Part shown: one piece after another, positions 12,910 to 26,900 of the stretch
How positions within the stretch are numbered: the first letter of the stretch is position 1
Layout: every line of letters begins with the position of its first letter
Translations under genes and position numbers: made by a program
NCBI RefSeq assembly: GCF_964194025.1
Contig: NC_134469.1
Location: forward strand, 77,438,001-77,502,000
From: Convolutriloba macropyga
Taxonomy: Eukaryota
Length of the DNA stretch: 64,000 nucleotides
Reading direction: 5' to 3'
The notes under the pieces: generated by a model
What the model saw: only the letters and a program-made list of their open reading frames with translations
Told to the model about the DNA's origin: nothing
Database searches by the model: none

Positions 12910-13009
12910 TTTGTCTGGGGCTTGAACTGTACGGGGGCAAAAACAGAAAACATCCGAAGGACCCAAATAAATGGTTGCTCTCAAACGAAGCTTGTAGCAA
13001 TTAAATTAG

Positions 13010-14350
13010 TCCTGTCGGTCTCCTTTTATGCAATTTTTCGCTTGATAAATTTTTTGTCTAACGCTATTGACTTTCCGTCCCCAAAAACGGGCTAAACAGG
13101 TAGCGCCTAGTGGCATTAAGTGATTCTAGAGCTTGTAAGCTCTGTATCAGCTGAAACTGTTTTGATGACCTAATCTTATTGTGTGAAGTGCGGTTCTTAG
13201 AGGTTGAATAATCCTCCATTGTTGACCCTCCACTTTTGCTTGACCCCAAAAAACGTGCTTTTTTCAAACTTTTCGACATCTATTTTTTGTTATTCGGGTC
13301 TTTCCAAACTCAGGGGCTAGAAATCCTCCTAAGGGGTTTGATAAAATGTTACTCGCAATTGTTATTGGCCATGGAATAGTTTTTCAAATTTTTAATGTCA
13401 CAAATTTTAGATATAACTTATTTTTTCAAGTTTTTTGAAAATTTTTGTCGTTTTTGAATTTTTTCCTGCCTCACGAGCCAAATAACCTCCTTTAGTGTTT
13501 GAAAATAGGTAACTATATAATTTCTAGATGCAATGGGATGTCTCGCAAGATTTTAACACCACGAATTTTAGCAATTTGCAATTTTTGACAAATTTTGATA
13601 TATTTTTCAATTTTTGATATTTATTTTTTATTATTCTGGTTTTTTTAGCCTCAAGGGTCAGAAAACCTCAACTACAATTTGATAATAAGTTAATGGAAAA
13701 TTTTTGATGGTCATGGATTTATTTTCAACTTTTTAATATCGCTAGTTTTGGCAACTTTTTTGAAGTTTTTCGAAATTTTTTTGTCATTTTTTAGGTTTCT
13801 CTAACCACAACAGCCATGGAAATTCCCCTAGAGTTTGATAATAGGTTACTGCATAGTTTATGGATATAATGGTTTGTTTTTCAAGATTTTAATATCACGA
13901 AGTTAAGCCATTTTTTTAAAAAAAATGAATTTTTATCATGTTTTGATTTTTTTCCGGCACCAGGGGCCTGGGCCTCCTCCAATGTTTGTTAATAAGGTGC
14001 CGCATAGTTTCTAGAGTTAATAAAATGGTGATCACTATTGTTTACGACTCCAGTTTTATTAAATTGCGGATATTTTTTAAAGTTTTTTTCGAGTTTTTGG
14101 AAAGTTTTTATCATGTTCCGAGTGTTTGAGTCTTTATAAGATAGAAAAACTCTTTCAGGCTTGATACAGACATACTGGGTAGTCTCGTGAGACAATGAAA
14201 TAGTTCTGAAGATATTATTATCCTGATTTTTAGCAAGATTTTCTTAAAACTTTCAGTTGTTTCCAAAATTTTTCAATATTTTTGTCCTTTTCCAAGCTTA
14301 ACAACCATTACTGGCCAACGAAAATTTTAAGTCTAGGAAAGGGGTTATTT
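13010..14350 (+). repeat. Dispersed AT-rich repeat with a degenerate ~165-bp internal period
   Basis: Related sub-units (...CCTC..TAG.GTTTGATAATAGGTTACT..ATAGTTT) at ~13290, 13460, 13630, 13790, 13950 and 14115. Partial copy at ~14880-15045 and an inverted copy at ~29575-30205. Confidence 0.65.
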
Positions 14351-14555
14351 GACAGAACTTTCGAGACAAAAATTGGTTTTGAACTTTTTTACTGCGATTT
14401 TGAAAAATTTTGTTTTGAATTTTGTCTTTTCAGTTTTTTCTATATGATTTATTTACTAACAACGCTAGAAAACTAAAATTGCAAAGTCGAATCCCATCAT
14501 GGAAAATATTCCTATCTCTCTTTCTCTCTCTGTCGGTTAGGGTTTCTTTCATTCT

Positions 14556-14697
14556 NNNNNNNNNNNNNNNNNNNNNNNNNNNNNNNNNNNNNNNNNNNNN
14601 NNNNNNNNNNNNNNNNNNNNNNNNNNNNNNNNNNNNNNNNNNNNNNNNNNNNNNNNNNNNNNNNNNNNNNNNNNNNNNNNNNNNNNNNNNNNNNNNN
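14556..14697. other. Assembly gap (142 N)
   Basis: Run of n characters. Confidence 1.
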
Positions 14698-15299
14698 CTG
14701 CTGTTGTGTGGCGTAATGTCATCATCTTTGATCTTCATTGACAATGAGCTATATTAAAAATGTTCATATCATATATGACTTAGCAGGCACTTTTTAGGCA
14801 ATCTTTGTTAACTTCTCTCACAAGCAATTTGTAGCAAATATATTAATCCTGTATGTCTCCCATGCAGTTTTTCGCTAGGCCGATTTTTCGTCTGATCCAT
14901 TTGACTTTCGTCTTCCGAAACGGGAGAAAGTGGTGGTGCCCAGTTTGCATAAAGTTCTCTTAGAGCCGTTCTGCCCACTAATCTTCAAGTATGCGATTAA
15001 CAGAAACTGTTTTGGAGACTTATACTTATGGTGGAAGGGAGGTTCCTATAAATTGATCCCACACCCCCACTCACCCACCACCCCCACCTCAGTTCCTCAA
15101 TCCACTTTTGCATCCCTGCTGCGCTCACCTGACGCTCTTTCAATTAATCTAAATCTAGCCTCAGTAAACCGTGGCTAGCTACTGACGAAGCCAGCCGGTC
15201 GTTTCAGAGCAATTCGACCGACGTTAGTCGGTTATGTTATTTCTCGTTTTTAGATAGAAAAAGTGTATTGTTTTGCAATCACCTTTTTTTCGTTAGTTT

Positions 15300-15302
<3 letters not shown>

Positions 15303-15339
<37 letters not shown>
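15303..15339. repeat. (AG)n/(TC)n microsatellite, probably the 3' tail of the LINE
   Basis: About 18 AG dinucleotides directly after the LINE 3' UTR on the minus strand. Confidence 0.9.
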
Positions 15340-15345
<6 letters not shown>

Positions 15346-15388
15346 TAATTCTCAAAGAGAAAACAGAAGTTTAAGCATATGCTCTTCA

Positions 15389-18187
15389 TTACAACACAAT
15401 TTGAACAAGTACATACAACATAAAACGTACGATTAAGTCAACGCAAAACGTTTTTTTGATCAAGAAATCTTTGACAGCTTTCATGTCACTTTTACTGAAT
15501 CCAGTCATAATCTTATGACGAAAGAGATAATTAGCCATAACTGTACTCCGTGAGAAGAATGATTTTGATTTGCTAAATTTGGGGTCAATTACAAATAAGC
15601 TCGAGAAGCAGACACGCTTTTCACTTTTGTTAGCATTGAAGGTGATAAATTGATCGTAGTGAAGTTTGTATTTATTGTTCATGAGTTGTGCTAGAAAAAC
15701 AAAGGTCCGAAATTCTATAAGATGACACTTTGGTAGTAGTGGAATTCTTTTTGAGTAGTGATTGATATGGCGTTTTTGTCCCAAAAATCCATTTGAAGCC
15801 TTGCATTTCAAACTTTTCCATTGACTTCAGACGTGTTATGTCAGGAGACCAAGATGGTATTCCATAGAGAAGTATAGATAACACTAAGGATGAATAGAGT
15901 TCATACTTCTTCCATGACGGCGTTTGCCATGGAATTTTCTGTTTCAAAGCGTGAAAGCGTCTCGTAGCATTATTCAACTTTGTTAACACGTGCTCTGTCC
16001 GTTTGAGGTTATTGCTAACGATTATTCCAAGATCCTTTATATGAGCAACATTATCTAAGAGATAGCAATTCATTTCAACGGAGGAAGACCCTTTCAAACT
16101 AAGACAATCTGTTTTATCGAGATTAGCGATCATTCCTACTGCAATGTTCAAGTTGTAGAGCCGCGAAAGGTCATAATGAAAACTCAAAGACCTGAAAAGG
16201 AGTTTAAGGTCATCTGCAAACATCCAGGCTAGACAGTCTAGAAAAATACTTGGAAGGTGATTAATAAAGATGAGAAACAAAAACGGGCCAAGTATGGAAC
16301 CTTGGTACTCCACTAGTGACCAAAATTGGATCAGAAAAAAGCCATCCAGATTAACAATTTGGAACGGTTCTCCAGATAGGAGACGAATAAGGTACAGAAA
16401 TCCTCGTCGAAGCCAAAAAAGTTCAATTTGGCAGTTAGAATTCCATGCGGAACTCTGTCAAAGGCCTTTTCATAGTCCAAGTAAATCGTAAAAAGGGTAT
16501 GAGATTTATTGCTGTACAATGTCTCCAAATAGTTGATTAATTGCAGAACTGCTTTTTTCGTGAATGAAAGCCGAACTGTTTGGGATGGATTTGGTGTTTA
16601 GATAATTCATAAAGATAATTGAAAAGTAAGCGTTCAAAAATCAAAGAGACTATTGGCAGTAAACTGATAGGGCGGTAGTTCTCGATGTTGGATTTGGAAA
16701 TCTTTGTGCAAGGGCCTAACATAGTCTACTTTTCAAATAGCGGGAAAAGATTGAGGTTCAGCATTTGAGTAAAAGAGATAAGATAGGAAATCTGCAAACA
16801 GATGTGGAGTTAGTTTAAGGAGAGAACAAGGGAAGAAATCATTCGTTAGGGAAATTGATGTTTTTGTTTTCATTATCTCATCTAAGATCAAATCAGGTCT
16901 TATGGATGAACTGAAAAACTTAAGTCTGATTGACTCGGCTGCAGCAAGTGGATTGCGGACATATGAGCCTGCGTTGAAGTTTTTTCAAAGAAATTGTTGA
17001 AGCAGGTTGCGATAGCTATAGGATCTTCAAGCGCTTTGTTTTAATAGAACATTTGTTTGGGATAAGATGAAGTTTTCAGGCTACGTTGTAAAGCAAAACA
17101 ATCGGGTAGACGTGTGGTCATTGAACCGTTAATAAAGCAAATCTTATCTATTTCTGAAATTGCTTCAAACTCAGAGGCTAGTCGAGATAGTTCAGATCGG
17201 TTGCTTTTCGTTGGGTTCTGGGCAGCTCGCTTACGCACCGTATTCAATTGGTTTAAAGCGTGCTTAGTTAACAATCTATAATAGAATGGATTTGCTTAGC
17301 GTTTTTATCGCTTACGCTGGAAAATCACAGAAAATCATAGAAAGCTGTTACGTCGTTGCTAGTCGACGAGGCATCAAAAATAAAATAAGTCCAAGATTCA
17401 ACAAATTTATTGAGATTTGTTGCCTGATTAAAGCAGTTTTGCGTCGGTAAGATAGGGTTAGTAAGTAAAATTCTGTTGTCAACCAAAACTTCGATTGGAA
17501 AGTGATCCCTAATCAGGAGATCCCTGCGACCTTGGCAGCTAGTAGAGGCTGCCGCTGAGCCTGCATCTATTAAAACACTATCAATAGTGCCTTCTCTATG
17601 ATGTGTAGGAGTGTCATGGATATGTGGTTCCAGGGAGTGACTTATTAGGATATTTAGAATTTTCGTTCTTGATAGCTAGGGCTAGTCATAAGCTTCCAGT
17701 TGCAAGCGGGTAGATTGAAGTCACCAAGAAGAAATGGGGATACACTCAACCTCACTTTTGGATAGCTATGATTCATGTTTTTGAGGCAGCTATCAATAAA
17801 TAGTTCAAGTTGCTCAGGCGGTACTCTGTATTTGCTTGAGGACGTTAGTAGATATACGCAAATGAAAACAAGAGCTTCAGACGAAATGTCTACCGCAAAA
17901 GCAGTTCCAAAGTCATTTTTGAGAAAGTTAAGTTGTGGCGTTACTAAGTCACTTGAAGTCTTACGTAGAACAGCAAATCCACCATGTTGACACTTGAGTC
18001 TGTCAACTCTCGATACAGGCTCATACTGAGCAAAAAGGTTGAAGTTATCACTCATTGCAGAGGAATCGAGCCAGGTTTCTGTTAGGATTGCTATTTCTAT
18101 TTCGTTGAGTATGAGATAATTCGGTAACGCTGATTGTTTTTCCATAGAGTTAATTGATTGAACATTAAGGAGTAGTATGCGTGACAT
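15389..18187 (-). pseudogene. LINE ORF2 (APE endonuclease plus reverse transcriptase), fragmented
   Basis: Endonuclease and RT motifs are collinear but spread over several frames. Confidence 0.9.
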
Positions 18188-18196
18188 AGGGGATTG

Positions 18197-19077
18197 TCAT
18201 TTGTTTCGCACAGTTGTGGTTACCGAATTTGGCGATGATTTGAGTTCCTCAGACAAGAGAGGTAGGTCGTCCAATTCAGGAGAGTCAATCTGCATGCCGT
18301 TATGAAATAACTTAAGATCTCTGAGTCTGAGCAAGTCCCGATCTATTCCAAGCTGAATCAATTCAAATCGTTTGTGAAGCAGATCTTTTTCTATGAGCCG
18401 ATCTTTGCAGCAGAGTTTTGGTTTAGCAAACACTTTAGTGCCCTTAAGTAAGTGACAGTTGGATAAAGTTATACGACGATCGTAGCGCGAGGCTAGCTGG
18501 ATTTCTACTGGGCGAGGCCTAGCTGATGCCTCCGGTTTGCCTTTGCCAAGGCGGACAATGTTCTTTATTTTTTCGGGAACAATTTTGAGCTTATCGCATA
18601 AAGTTTGTACATTAGAATCATCTTGGGAGGACGTGACTTCGGCAAAGTTGAATAGAACAATAGTCTCTTCAGCTTTGATGTCATAATCCCGCTCATCGAG
18701 GGTTCTTTTGACGGCATCGGCATAGTTGGTGTGTTGAGTGGAGCTCAGGCCTTGATGATTCAGGGCACCCGGTTCAATATTCACAAGTTTTCTTTCAATG
18801 GATTTGACTGCTTGAGAAGTTTCTGATATGATTCCACTAGATGTTCTCCAGATAGGAGACGAGTTTAAACGAAGTGAGAGCAGTGTTCCTTGAGCCTGCA
18901 TTAGTCACCCAAACTGCTTATGAAACTTCATGGTGTGAAAGGCAGGCAATTCCTAAGAATTTTCAGACATCCCCCCCACATCTTAGTGCACAAATGAATT
19001 TTATGCCCTCAAGATCACGTGATTTTTTGCAAAGTAATGTGCTATATAACAACTCGTAAATTGTAATTAGGTGGCAT
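18197..19077 (-). pseudogene. LINE ORF1 (disrupted), RRM-like C-terminal half
   Basis: Open segment 18197-18901 has typical ORF1 motifs. An upstream ATG at 19077 is followed by stops and frameshifts. ORF2 starts 10 nt after the ORF1 stop. Confidence 0.75.
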
Positions 19078-19542
19078 AAGACACACTACGGGTGACAGAA
19101 TAGATCCGAGTTCTGGACTCCGTATACCCCAACCCCGCTGCTACTCACCGTTCACCGATAATGCTGAGGCGGTATAAATTCATATTGTAGAGGGTGAGTG
19201 CCTTCCCACTCCCCGGCGGCGAATGGGGAAAGGTTGCGACCACGGATAGACCTCATTACGCTATTTTCTCGATTTTTTAAACAAAAAAAATTGTCTCTGA
19301 AGTATTGAATAAAGCAATCATTGCACGGGAAAAAATCGGCTTCAAATCTCATTTTATGGCCTATTCTGCGCCCGTTTGGCTCTACCGGCGTTTTTCGCAT
19401 ATTACCTATTCTCCGTTTGTTTTATTATTATTAGTAGTAGTGGTATAAAGTATAGTATTAGCCGACTTGATCCATAGAAAATATCCGATGGCATTAATTA
19501 TATTATAAAAAGTTATCTTCTCATTGTATTTTCAGATCTCAA

Positions 19543-19803
19543 ATGTCAGACAAAAAGGTCTGCATTTTCTGCACTAATGAAAAAGACGATCGCTTTGGTG
19601 AATTGCTGTCAAAAGAGGATATCAATCTTCACACCCACTGCTTGTTTGCTGCAAAAGAATTGGGTCAACATGGGACATCAGAAAATGACGGGATATTGGG
19701 TTTCTGGCTTGAAGACATTCGGCATGTTTTTGAGAAATCGCGAAATGACGATTGTGATTATTGTATGAAACCAGGAGCCACGGTTTTCTGCTCGGAATGT
19801 CAG
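19543..19803 (+). CDS. Exon 1 of PHF7/G2E3-like zinc-finger protein (N-terminal extended PHD)
   Basis: MSDKKVCIFC...HTHCLF...GILGFWLEDIR...CDYCMKPGATVFC matches the G2E3/PHF7 ePHD pattern. Phase-0 donor CAG|GTAGTT at 19804; an acceptor TTTTCAG ends at 19535, 8 nt before the ATG. Confidence 0.85.
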
Positions 19804-20901
19804 GTAGTTTTCTAACAATTTTACTTTTGCTTTGTCTGAGTGAGATGTAGATTTATAAATACAGTAATAAATTAAAACTGATTTCAATGTCTCGTTTTGT
19901 TAAACTGTTTGTATCTATAAACAGAGTTGATAATGAAGTCGAAATTTGTAATCAATTTTCAGGTTGCTTGTATGAATGACCAATTGTGTATATCCGTTGA
20001 ACTTCGCTCGCTTTTAAAGAAGACATCGATATACCGGATAACGCGAGTAGTGCTTCTTGTGAGTCTGCCACAAAAAAGGGTGTGCTCTGAATCGATCGAA
20101 TTTCCGTACAATGACGGTCAAAAATTCAATAGCTTGTACGTCGTGATAGCTCTTAAAATACTATTTAGAATCCTTATTCTAGCTTTTCCTACTTGGGCAG
20201 AAATTTAACTCAACAAAATGGTAGACGGGGTTGTGGATTATATTAAGCCAAGAAACCGTGTTTTAGATAATATGAAATTTGTGTATTCGTTGTTTAAAAT
20301 TAGACCTCCAAGATTTGGCTATGAAGGCCCCTGGATTGCCAATCGCTGGAAGCTGCACTACTGGTAATGTATTGTAAACTTTTCACGCAAAAAGGTGATT
20401 TATTATTGCATAACGAAAGAACTGAATTTGGATTCGTGTACTTGGCATTTATAAATAAGCTTTTAAGCGACCTTTAGAATGTTAAGTTGCTCTCGAGCAT
20501 GTTTTTTGGTGTTATGTGGGTCCTGTTTGTCTTTTGCTAATATTACTTCGACGGCATTTTTTCGTCTGGCCGTTTTTCTCGCAAATTTTTATTTTTGAGT
20601 GACCTAAGTCGCTCTCATTCGAGCCTAATATGGGCGGTAGAATGATTCCTAGAATGATTCCATCAAAATTCAAATCGCCTAATGAGACTACCAAATTACA
20701 ACATCATTAATAATTAACAGAGCCGACAAATTAAAAGAGGCCCATAAAATTGGGGATTGCAATTGGGGGGGGGGGGGCAGAATAGATCCGTTTTTTTTTT
20801 AATTTTTAAAACACCAACCGTTTAATAATAGAAAGTCTCGCGTAATGTACGCAAAATACAACAGTCGTTAAGCTGTAGTCTAGACATTGTTCTATATTCA
20901 G

Positions 20902-23900
20902 GTCAAGTTTCACTACCCCTGTGGAAAAGAGAACTTGTGCATCACCGAGTTGTCAGGAGACTTCGTCAGCTACTGTCCCGATCACAGATCTCAGCAAAAA
21001 CTGCCTGTGTCCTTTTCGAGCGAGTGCCCTTACTGTGATGAAATCTGCGATCCAATGGACTCGTTCTTTCTCACCTGCTGCAACAAGTCTTGGCTCCACT
21101 CCAAGTGCGCCCAGATTGATGCTGACAAACACGGGTTCGACACCTTAGCCTGTCCGGTGTGTAAAAACAGAGACGAATTCATAAACATATGCCAACGTTT
21201 TGGTTTTGTGCTCATCAAGCGTAAGTTGGACAATGAAAATGATTTGATGAAGATTACGCCCAAAGAATGTAGCAGACCGAAATGCATGTGCCCATATGGG
21301 ACAGAGTACAGTGATGATCATCGCTTCAGGTTTTTCTTGTGCACCACTTGTAATTTGTACAAGATCCATCAAAGTTGTCGTGAAGCCAAAGACTTTCCAC
21401 AGTTTGTGTGCATTCTTTGTTCAACGGGAAAGAAGGGACTGCCTAAATTCAGCGTGCGAAAGTTAGGTGGAAATGCCAGTGTCCGCCCGGAGCCTGTTAC
21501 TACTTTTATATATCCTGATGGCAGTAGTAGTAAACCTGATCGCGATGTTAAAGTAGAAGATTCGCAGCACGATGATGACGATGATGAAGACTCGAAAGAA
21601 ACCTTCAGAAAACGATCGCCTCGAAAGCAAAGAGGAAGATCGCGAAAAGATGTGGGTTTTGATGCTGAGTTTAGTGACATCTCTTCCGGAGATGACGAAA
21701 CTGCTTTTGAAAAAGAGGAGAGAGAAAGTAGATCAAGGAAGCGTCAGGAAAGGGAGGAAGATGAAGATTACGATGAGAAAGTTATGGTCGAGGGCAAGTA
21801 TGAGATCAACAAACCCATTGTCAATCAGTTTCACCCAGCAATCAGAGATTTAACGAAACCTCCGAAGGGGACAAAATTCACTACAAAACGCAATTTATCT
21901 CAGGGAAAATTTGTTCCTAGGCCACAACAAGATCAACAACAGAAGAGAGAACCGATGAATTTAGTGAAACTGGATCCCCAAACCATCTTAAGTTTAGCAT
22001 CCTCTGGCAATCCGGCAAACATTGAAAAAGCCGATCAGCTTCTCCAACAACTGACCAGCCGCTTCGGAGGCGCGAGTTATTCCACAAACAAAACAACAGT
22101 AACCCTGACTCCAGGTGTTCAGCCCACTAACTACGAAGATCGTCAGCAACATCAACATCAAAGTAACATTCAAAATTATGATGATAAACATCGCAATCGA
22201 GATGATAGATATCCACCTAGAAAGCAACACTGGGGTGCTAACAAGTTTGACAAATTTGATCGCAGAAATGAGAACTATCGTGAAGACAAAAACCAGGGAT
22301 ACAATGGACGATTCGGCAAGCACCATCGTCACCATCATAGTCAGCATCATAACGATAAGAACAGGATTGACGAGAGAGGTGAACGGCGGAACAGATCGCG
22401 TGACTACGAGTACAGAAGAGGTGGGGGTGGCGGGTTCTCTGGAAGAGGCAATCGACATGACTCGAGCCGCAGTCGCCGGCATGAACAGTACAGTAACGCT
22501 CCGATGGAAAACAATGAACCGCCTCCTAAGGAAAAACCTAATCTTGCTCATGTTCCCAAGTCACTAGTAGAACATGTATTCCGGGATATGGAGAAAGAGG
22601 CCACCGCAAAAGCCGAAGCGGAGGAGAAGGCTCGAAATGATGCTTTAGAAGCGAAAAAGAGAATTGAAGAAGAGTTGCGACAAATTCAAGAAGAGGAAGA
22701 TGCCAAACGGAAAGAGAAGGAGCAGAAAAAGGCAGCAGCTGCTGCTTCAGGTGGTTGGAAACCACTTAGTGGTGATGGAGTCAATGGGGAGTTTAAAGAT
22801 GAGCCTGAAGAAGGCGAGGCTGAGGAGTCCAGTGATGATGACTCATCGAGCTCTTCAAGTTCCGATTCGGACTCCTCCTCGGATTCCGGCAAGAAAAGCC
22901 AGGACGAGGATAATTTAGAGGAGGGTGACAAACGTCCAGATGTATCAAAACTTTTAGAAATAGAACCGGAACCAGAGGTAGAATTGACTGAAGAAGAGCA
23001 GCTGTTTAATCTGCAGAAATTCAGTGAATTGGCGAACGAATACAAAAAGAGATTCCGTGCGTTGGAAGACGGCATCAGAAAAGTACACACTGATGTAGTC
23101 TTTTATGCTGAGAGGTGTGACCAGGACATGATTCAAGGGACTCAATCTCAATGCAATTTGTTCCATTTGGAGATTAACAGGTTGTTTCAACTTTGTAAAC
23201 AAATGAAAGAGTATGCGACTGCTGAGGGAACTAAGATCCAAGTCAACACATTTGTGGTCAAAATCGGAGACGCTGAGAGCGAGCTGAAAACAAATCGAGG
23301 TATAGTAGATGAGTTTGCACAATTAATAGAAAAAATAACGATTCTCGAGGAATTACTCGTTGAACAAATCAAAGAAGAAGCTTTAATTGTGGAACCTATC
23401 ATGCAGGCCAATGATCTTCGAACCCAGCCCAGAGATCTACTTGAAAGGGTGAGGCAAGAGGTCGAAACTGCTTTGGCAGAGTCCAGCGAGAACCCTAAAT
23501 CACTGCACCGAAATTATGAACAGTTTGTGAATAAGCTCAATAGTATGTTGAGAAATGGTGATGTAAAACTGGATAAAGTTGGGTCCTTAGAGTCGTCTGT
23601 GATGGAACATCAGGAAAATTTAGGCAAACACTTAAAGGAGTTGCGATCTGAGCTGAACGATAGGAATAATTTGAGGAACTATATTGATGAAATAGCAAAA
23701 CTTTTAACATCACACAAAACGACTGCGGAGCATATCGAGCAAACTAAAAGTCACCCAGACAGAGCTTTGTCTTGTATTCAAGGTCTGCGAAAAGAGTACA
23801 AGAGGTTGCAAAAGGGCATTGATAAATACCGGGTTAAATATTCAAGTATAAGCTTAGAGCTGCCCGATGGTGCGGAAGATCTTTTAAGCAACTTGAAAGA

Positions 23901-26900
23901 AACGAAAGCTAAGCTGGAAATAGAACTGGAGGCTTTGATTACTAAATGCGAAGGTTGGAAAAATGAAGCTGTGCCTATGCTGGATCGAAGGATGCTGTTG
24001 AATAACAATGAGCAGAGAACAGATGATTCGATAGATCTGAAAAAGAAAGGATTTGGTTTCCAGTTAAAGCTCTCCGATCAGACTCAAAAAGTAATCAAAG
24101 ATGGGAATCAACTGTTAAAAGCGCAAATATCTAACAACGAGAAGGACGAGGATGTCTCAGATGCTTCTGAAAGTGATGAGAAGTTAGCGAATAAAAGTGA
24201 CGACGATGACATGAGCACTAAAATTCCAGATTACATGAAGCCGTTGCCTAAACTGGAGCAGCCTTCAACTGCCATCATGCCAGCCCCTGTCTCCATGGCT
24301 CCAGTTAGTGTCCAAAGTACCCCGTTACTCCCACCTGTTCCACCGCAGATGCCCAGTGTACCTTTGCCTCCTAACTTTCAGCCCCCTTTCATGGCAATGC
24401 CAGGAGCCTCAATGTTCCCACCACAGCATCCAGGCATGCAGATGCCTCCTTTTATGCCTCAACCGCCCCAGTTCCCACAGTTTGCTGTCCAGCAACCGCA
24501 AGCATTGCCTCAAATGCAGTACCCTCAGATGCAGAACCCATACATGCAAATGCAGCACCAAGCACAGGCAACCTTTCCAGCTCCTCCTAATTTAATTCAG
24601 GCTCAACCTATGCATTATGGACAGATGGTTTCTACTGCTAATACTATAGCCACTTCTGTTCATTCTCAACCTGCTCTTGTCTCGGAAAGTCAGGAATCCG
24701 CCATCAGCAATCTGCCGGACATGAGTTTGATTGAAGCTGCTGCAAAGGCTTTGGAAAATTTCACGCCAGCTGTAAGTACCGACAGCTCAAAACCAGAGAA
24801 ATCCTCTAAACCTGAGAAGAAGAGCAGAAAGAAACGTAAGAAGCAAGAGAGCTCTGATAGTGAAATTGAGGCTGTGGAAACTTTCCCCAAAGTGGAGGAT
24901 CTGAACTTGTCAAAGGTGTCCATTCAAAAGAAAGATGTCAAAATAGCAAATGAATCAAAAGAGAGCTCTAGGAACAATTCCGATGTTGAAAATGAAGATA
25001 AAGCCTTGTCTAAGAAAGCGAGGAAAGAAAAACGTAGAAAGGATAGGAGAAATGCAATGTTCGGTGAGAATGAAGAACCAGCGGCTGTTGAAAACACTCA
25101 AGGGACGGTGCAAGAGGAAGAAAGCAAGAAGCCAAGTGCATTCAGCTATGCAGCTGCTATGGTTGGCTTAGAAACGACTGTTTTCGAGAGTGAAGAGACC
25201 TACGACCCTACTGCGCCCACCATTGAGAACTACAGCCATGCTGTGGATACAAACTCGTACGAAGTTGTGTTCAGGCCTGAGAAGAATGATTTTGTTCTTG
25301 TTCAGAAAAATTCACAAGAGGCAAATGCGGCTCATGCCGAGCAACAGCAGGTAACCGATGCTATCAATGCTGCGCAGCAAGCTGAGGAGCAGGAAACGGA
25401 GGAGGATCTGAAACGAAAGGAGCAACGTGCTCAGGAGAGACGAGAAAAGCGGAAGGCTGAACGTGAGGCGTTGAAGCGTGAACGGGAACGTGAACGCGAG
25501 GAAGAAGCTAAACTTGGCGTAAAAAAATCAGGACGTTTTGGTACCCTAAGCGGAATGCTGTCCATGTTATCGCAGGCTGAGAATGAACAGCAGGAGGCCG
25601 AAAAGAAAGAACAAGTGGAAGAAGAGGAAGAAAAAGTGGAACTCATCACATGCATCCAGGTAACTCCTAATGAAGTCATACCCTGCAGACCTAGTCCGCA
25701 AGAAGTGAACTCTACGACAGCATCTCCACCTGCAAAACTGAAACAGACTGTCGAGGCAGTCCCAAACAACAATTCTGTTTCGCCCTCCACCTCAGATAAG
25801 GTCACAAGTTCCCAACCCGGATTCTTCCAGTCCATGCAAACTGTTGAAACTTCTAAGAAAGACGCTTCGAGTGCAGAAGAAGGCGAGCTCGAGGAAGAAG
25901 GAGAAGTTAACAGTGATGAGGATGATTCTCAACCACGTGTTGTATTTGACGAGAAACCAGTGCTTCAAGATCAAAAAATAGACAGTAACGTATGCGTACC
26001 TGTCACATTCTCTCAAGAGGAACCGACGTCAACTATTTCAGATGAAGCGCTCGCTGCATCCGCCAGCATCACTTCAAGCATTGTTGTGAAGGTTCAGCCA
26101 CCTGTTATATCAAAAGACGAATCAAAAATCAAGGGCCATTCTATTGCATTTAACGATGAAGATGAGAGCGATGAGGATGATAATGATGATGATGATGATT
26201 CATCTGGCGATGAACAACCCTCTTTGTCTCCCGTGAAATCTAGCAAAACTAAAAAAGTTGCTAGTATAGTACCGCCACCGCCGCCTCAAAGGAAGCGCAA
26301 AAAGAAGGAACAAAAGAAAGACACTGAAAGCAGCGAGTCAACTGGTGAAAGTAGTGACGATGAAGGCTCTTCCAGTTCCTCCGACGATGCTCCTCAACTG
26401 ACGAAGAAAGAGTTGAAAAAGATGATGAAATTCTACGCCATGTTCGCTAAATCTAAGGCCGCCGCCAAAGCCTCCAAGAAAAAGACCAAAAAGAAGAAAA
26501 AGAACGAATCTGATAGCCAAGAAAGTTCCGATGTGGAAAAAGTTTCGCCCAAGAAGCGGAAAAGAAGATTGTCCTCGAAAAATAAAACTCCGGAATCGGG
26601 TGAATCAGATAGTTCATCTGAAGATGAAAGTCCTTCGAAAAAGAAGCAAAAGAGTAAACGTGCCAGAAAGATTTCAACCCAAAAGAAACCAAAAACATCG
26701 CCTAACAAATCTCAGGAACCGTCAACACAACCAAAAGCGACGGAGAAGAACGACGACTCAGATGAAATCAACATGTCCTCTTTTTTTACGCAGGAAGCGA
26801 ACGTACTCAAAGCGAAATGTGTTCAACAAACTAGCCAACAACCCGTTTTAAGTCCAGTGACTCTCAGCGTGGATGCAATATTGGCCCAATTTTTGCCAGA

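Larger units (their letters stand above)
15303..19250 (-). mobile_element. Decayed near-full-length non-LTR retrotransposon (CR1/L2/Jockey group)
   Basis: ORF1 remnant 18197-19077 (YADAVK...IVLFN...IVRLGK...RPRPVEIQL). APE endonuclease 17654-18187 (LLNVQS, LTETWL, HGG, GDFNLP). RT fragments NYRPISLL (16537-16722), YLDYEKAFDRVPH (16331-16528), QGSILGPFLFLIFIN and FADDLKL (15672-16313). Many stops and frameshifts; the 5' boundary is approximate. Confidence 0.92.

Noticed and set aside
15240-19330. Target-site duplication for the LINE
   Set aside because: Only vague AT-rich similarity between the flanks; no exact TSD identified.
21030-26851. Antisense and alternate-frame ORFs within the large PHD exon
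   Set aside because: Shadows of a long, compositionally biased CDS.
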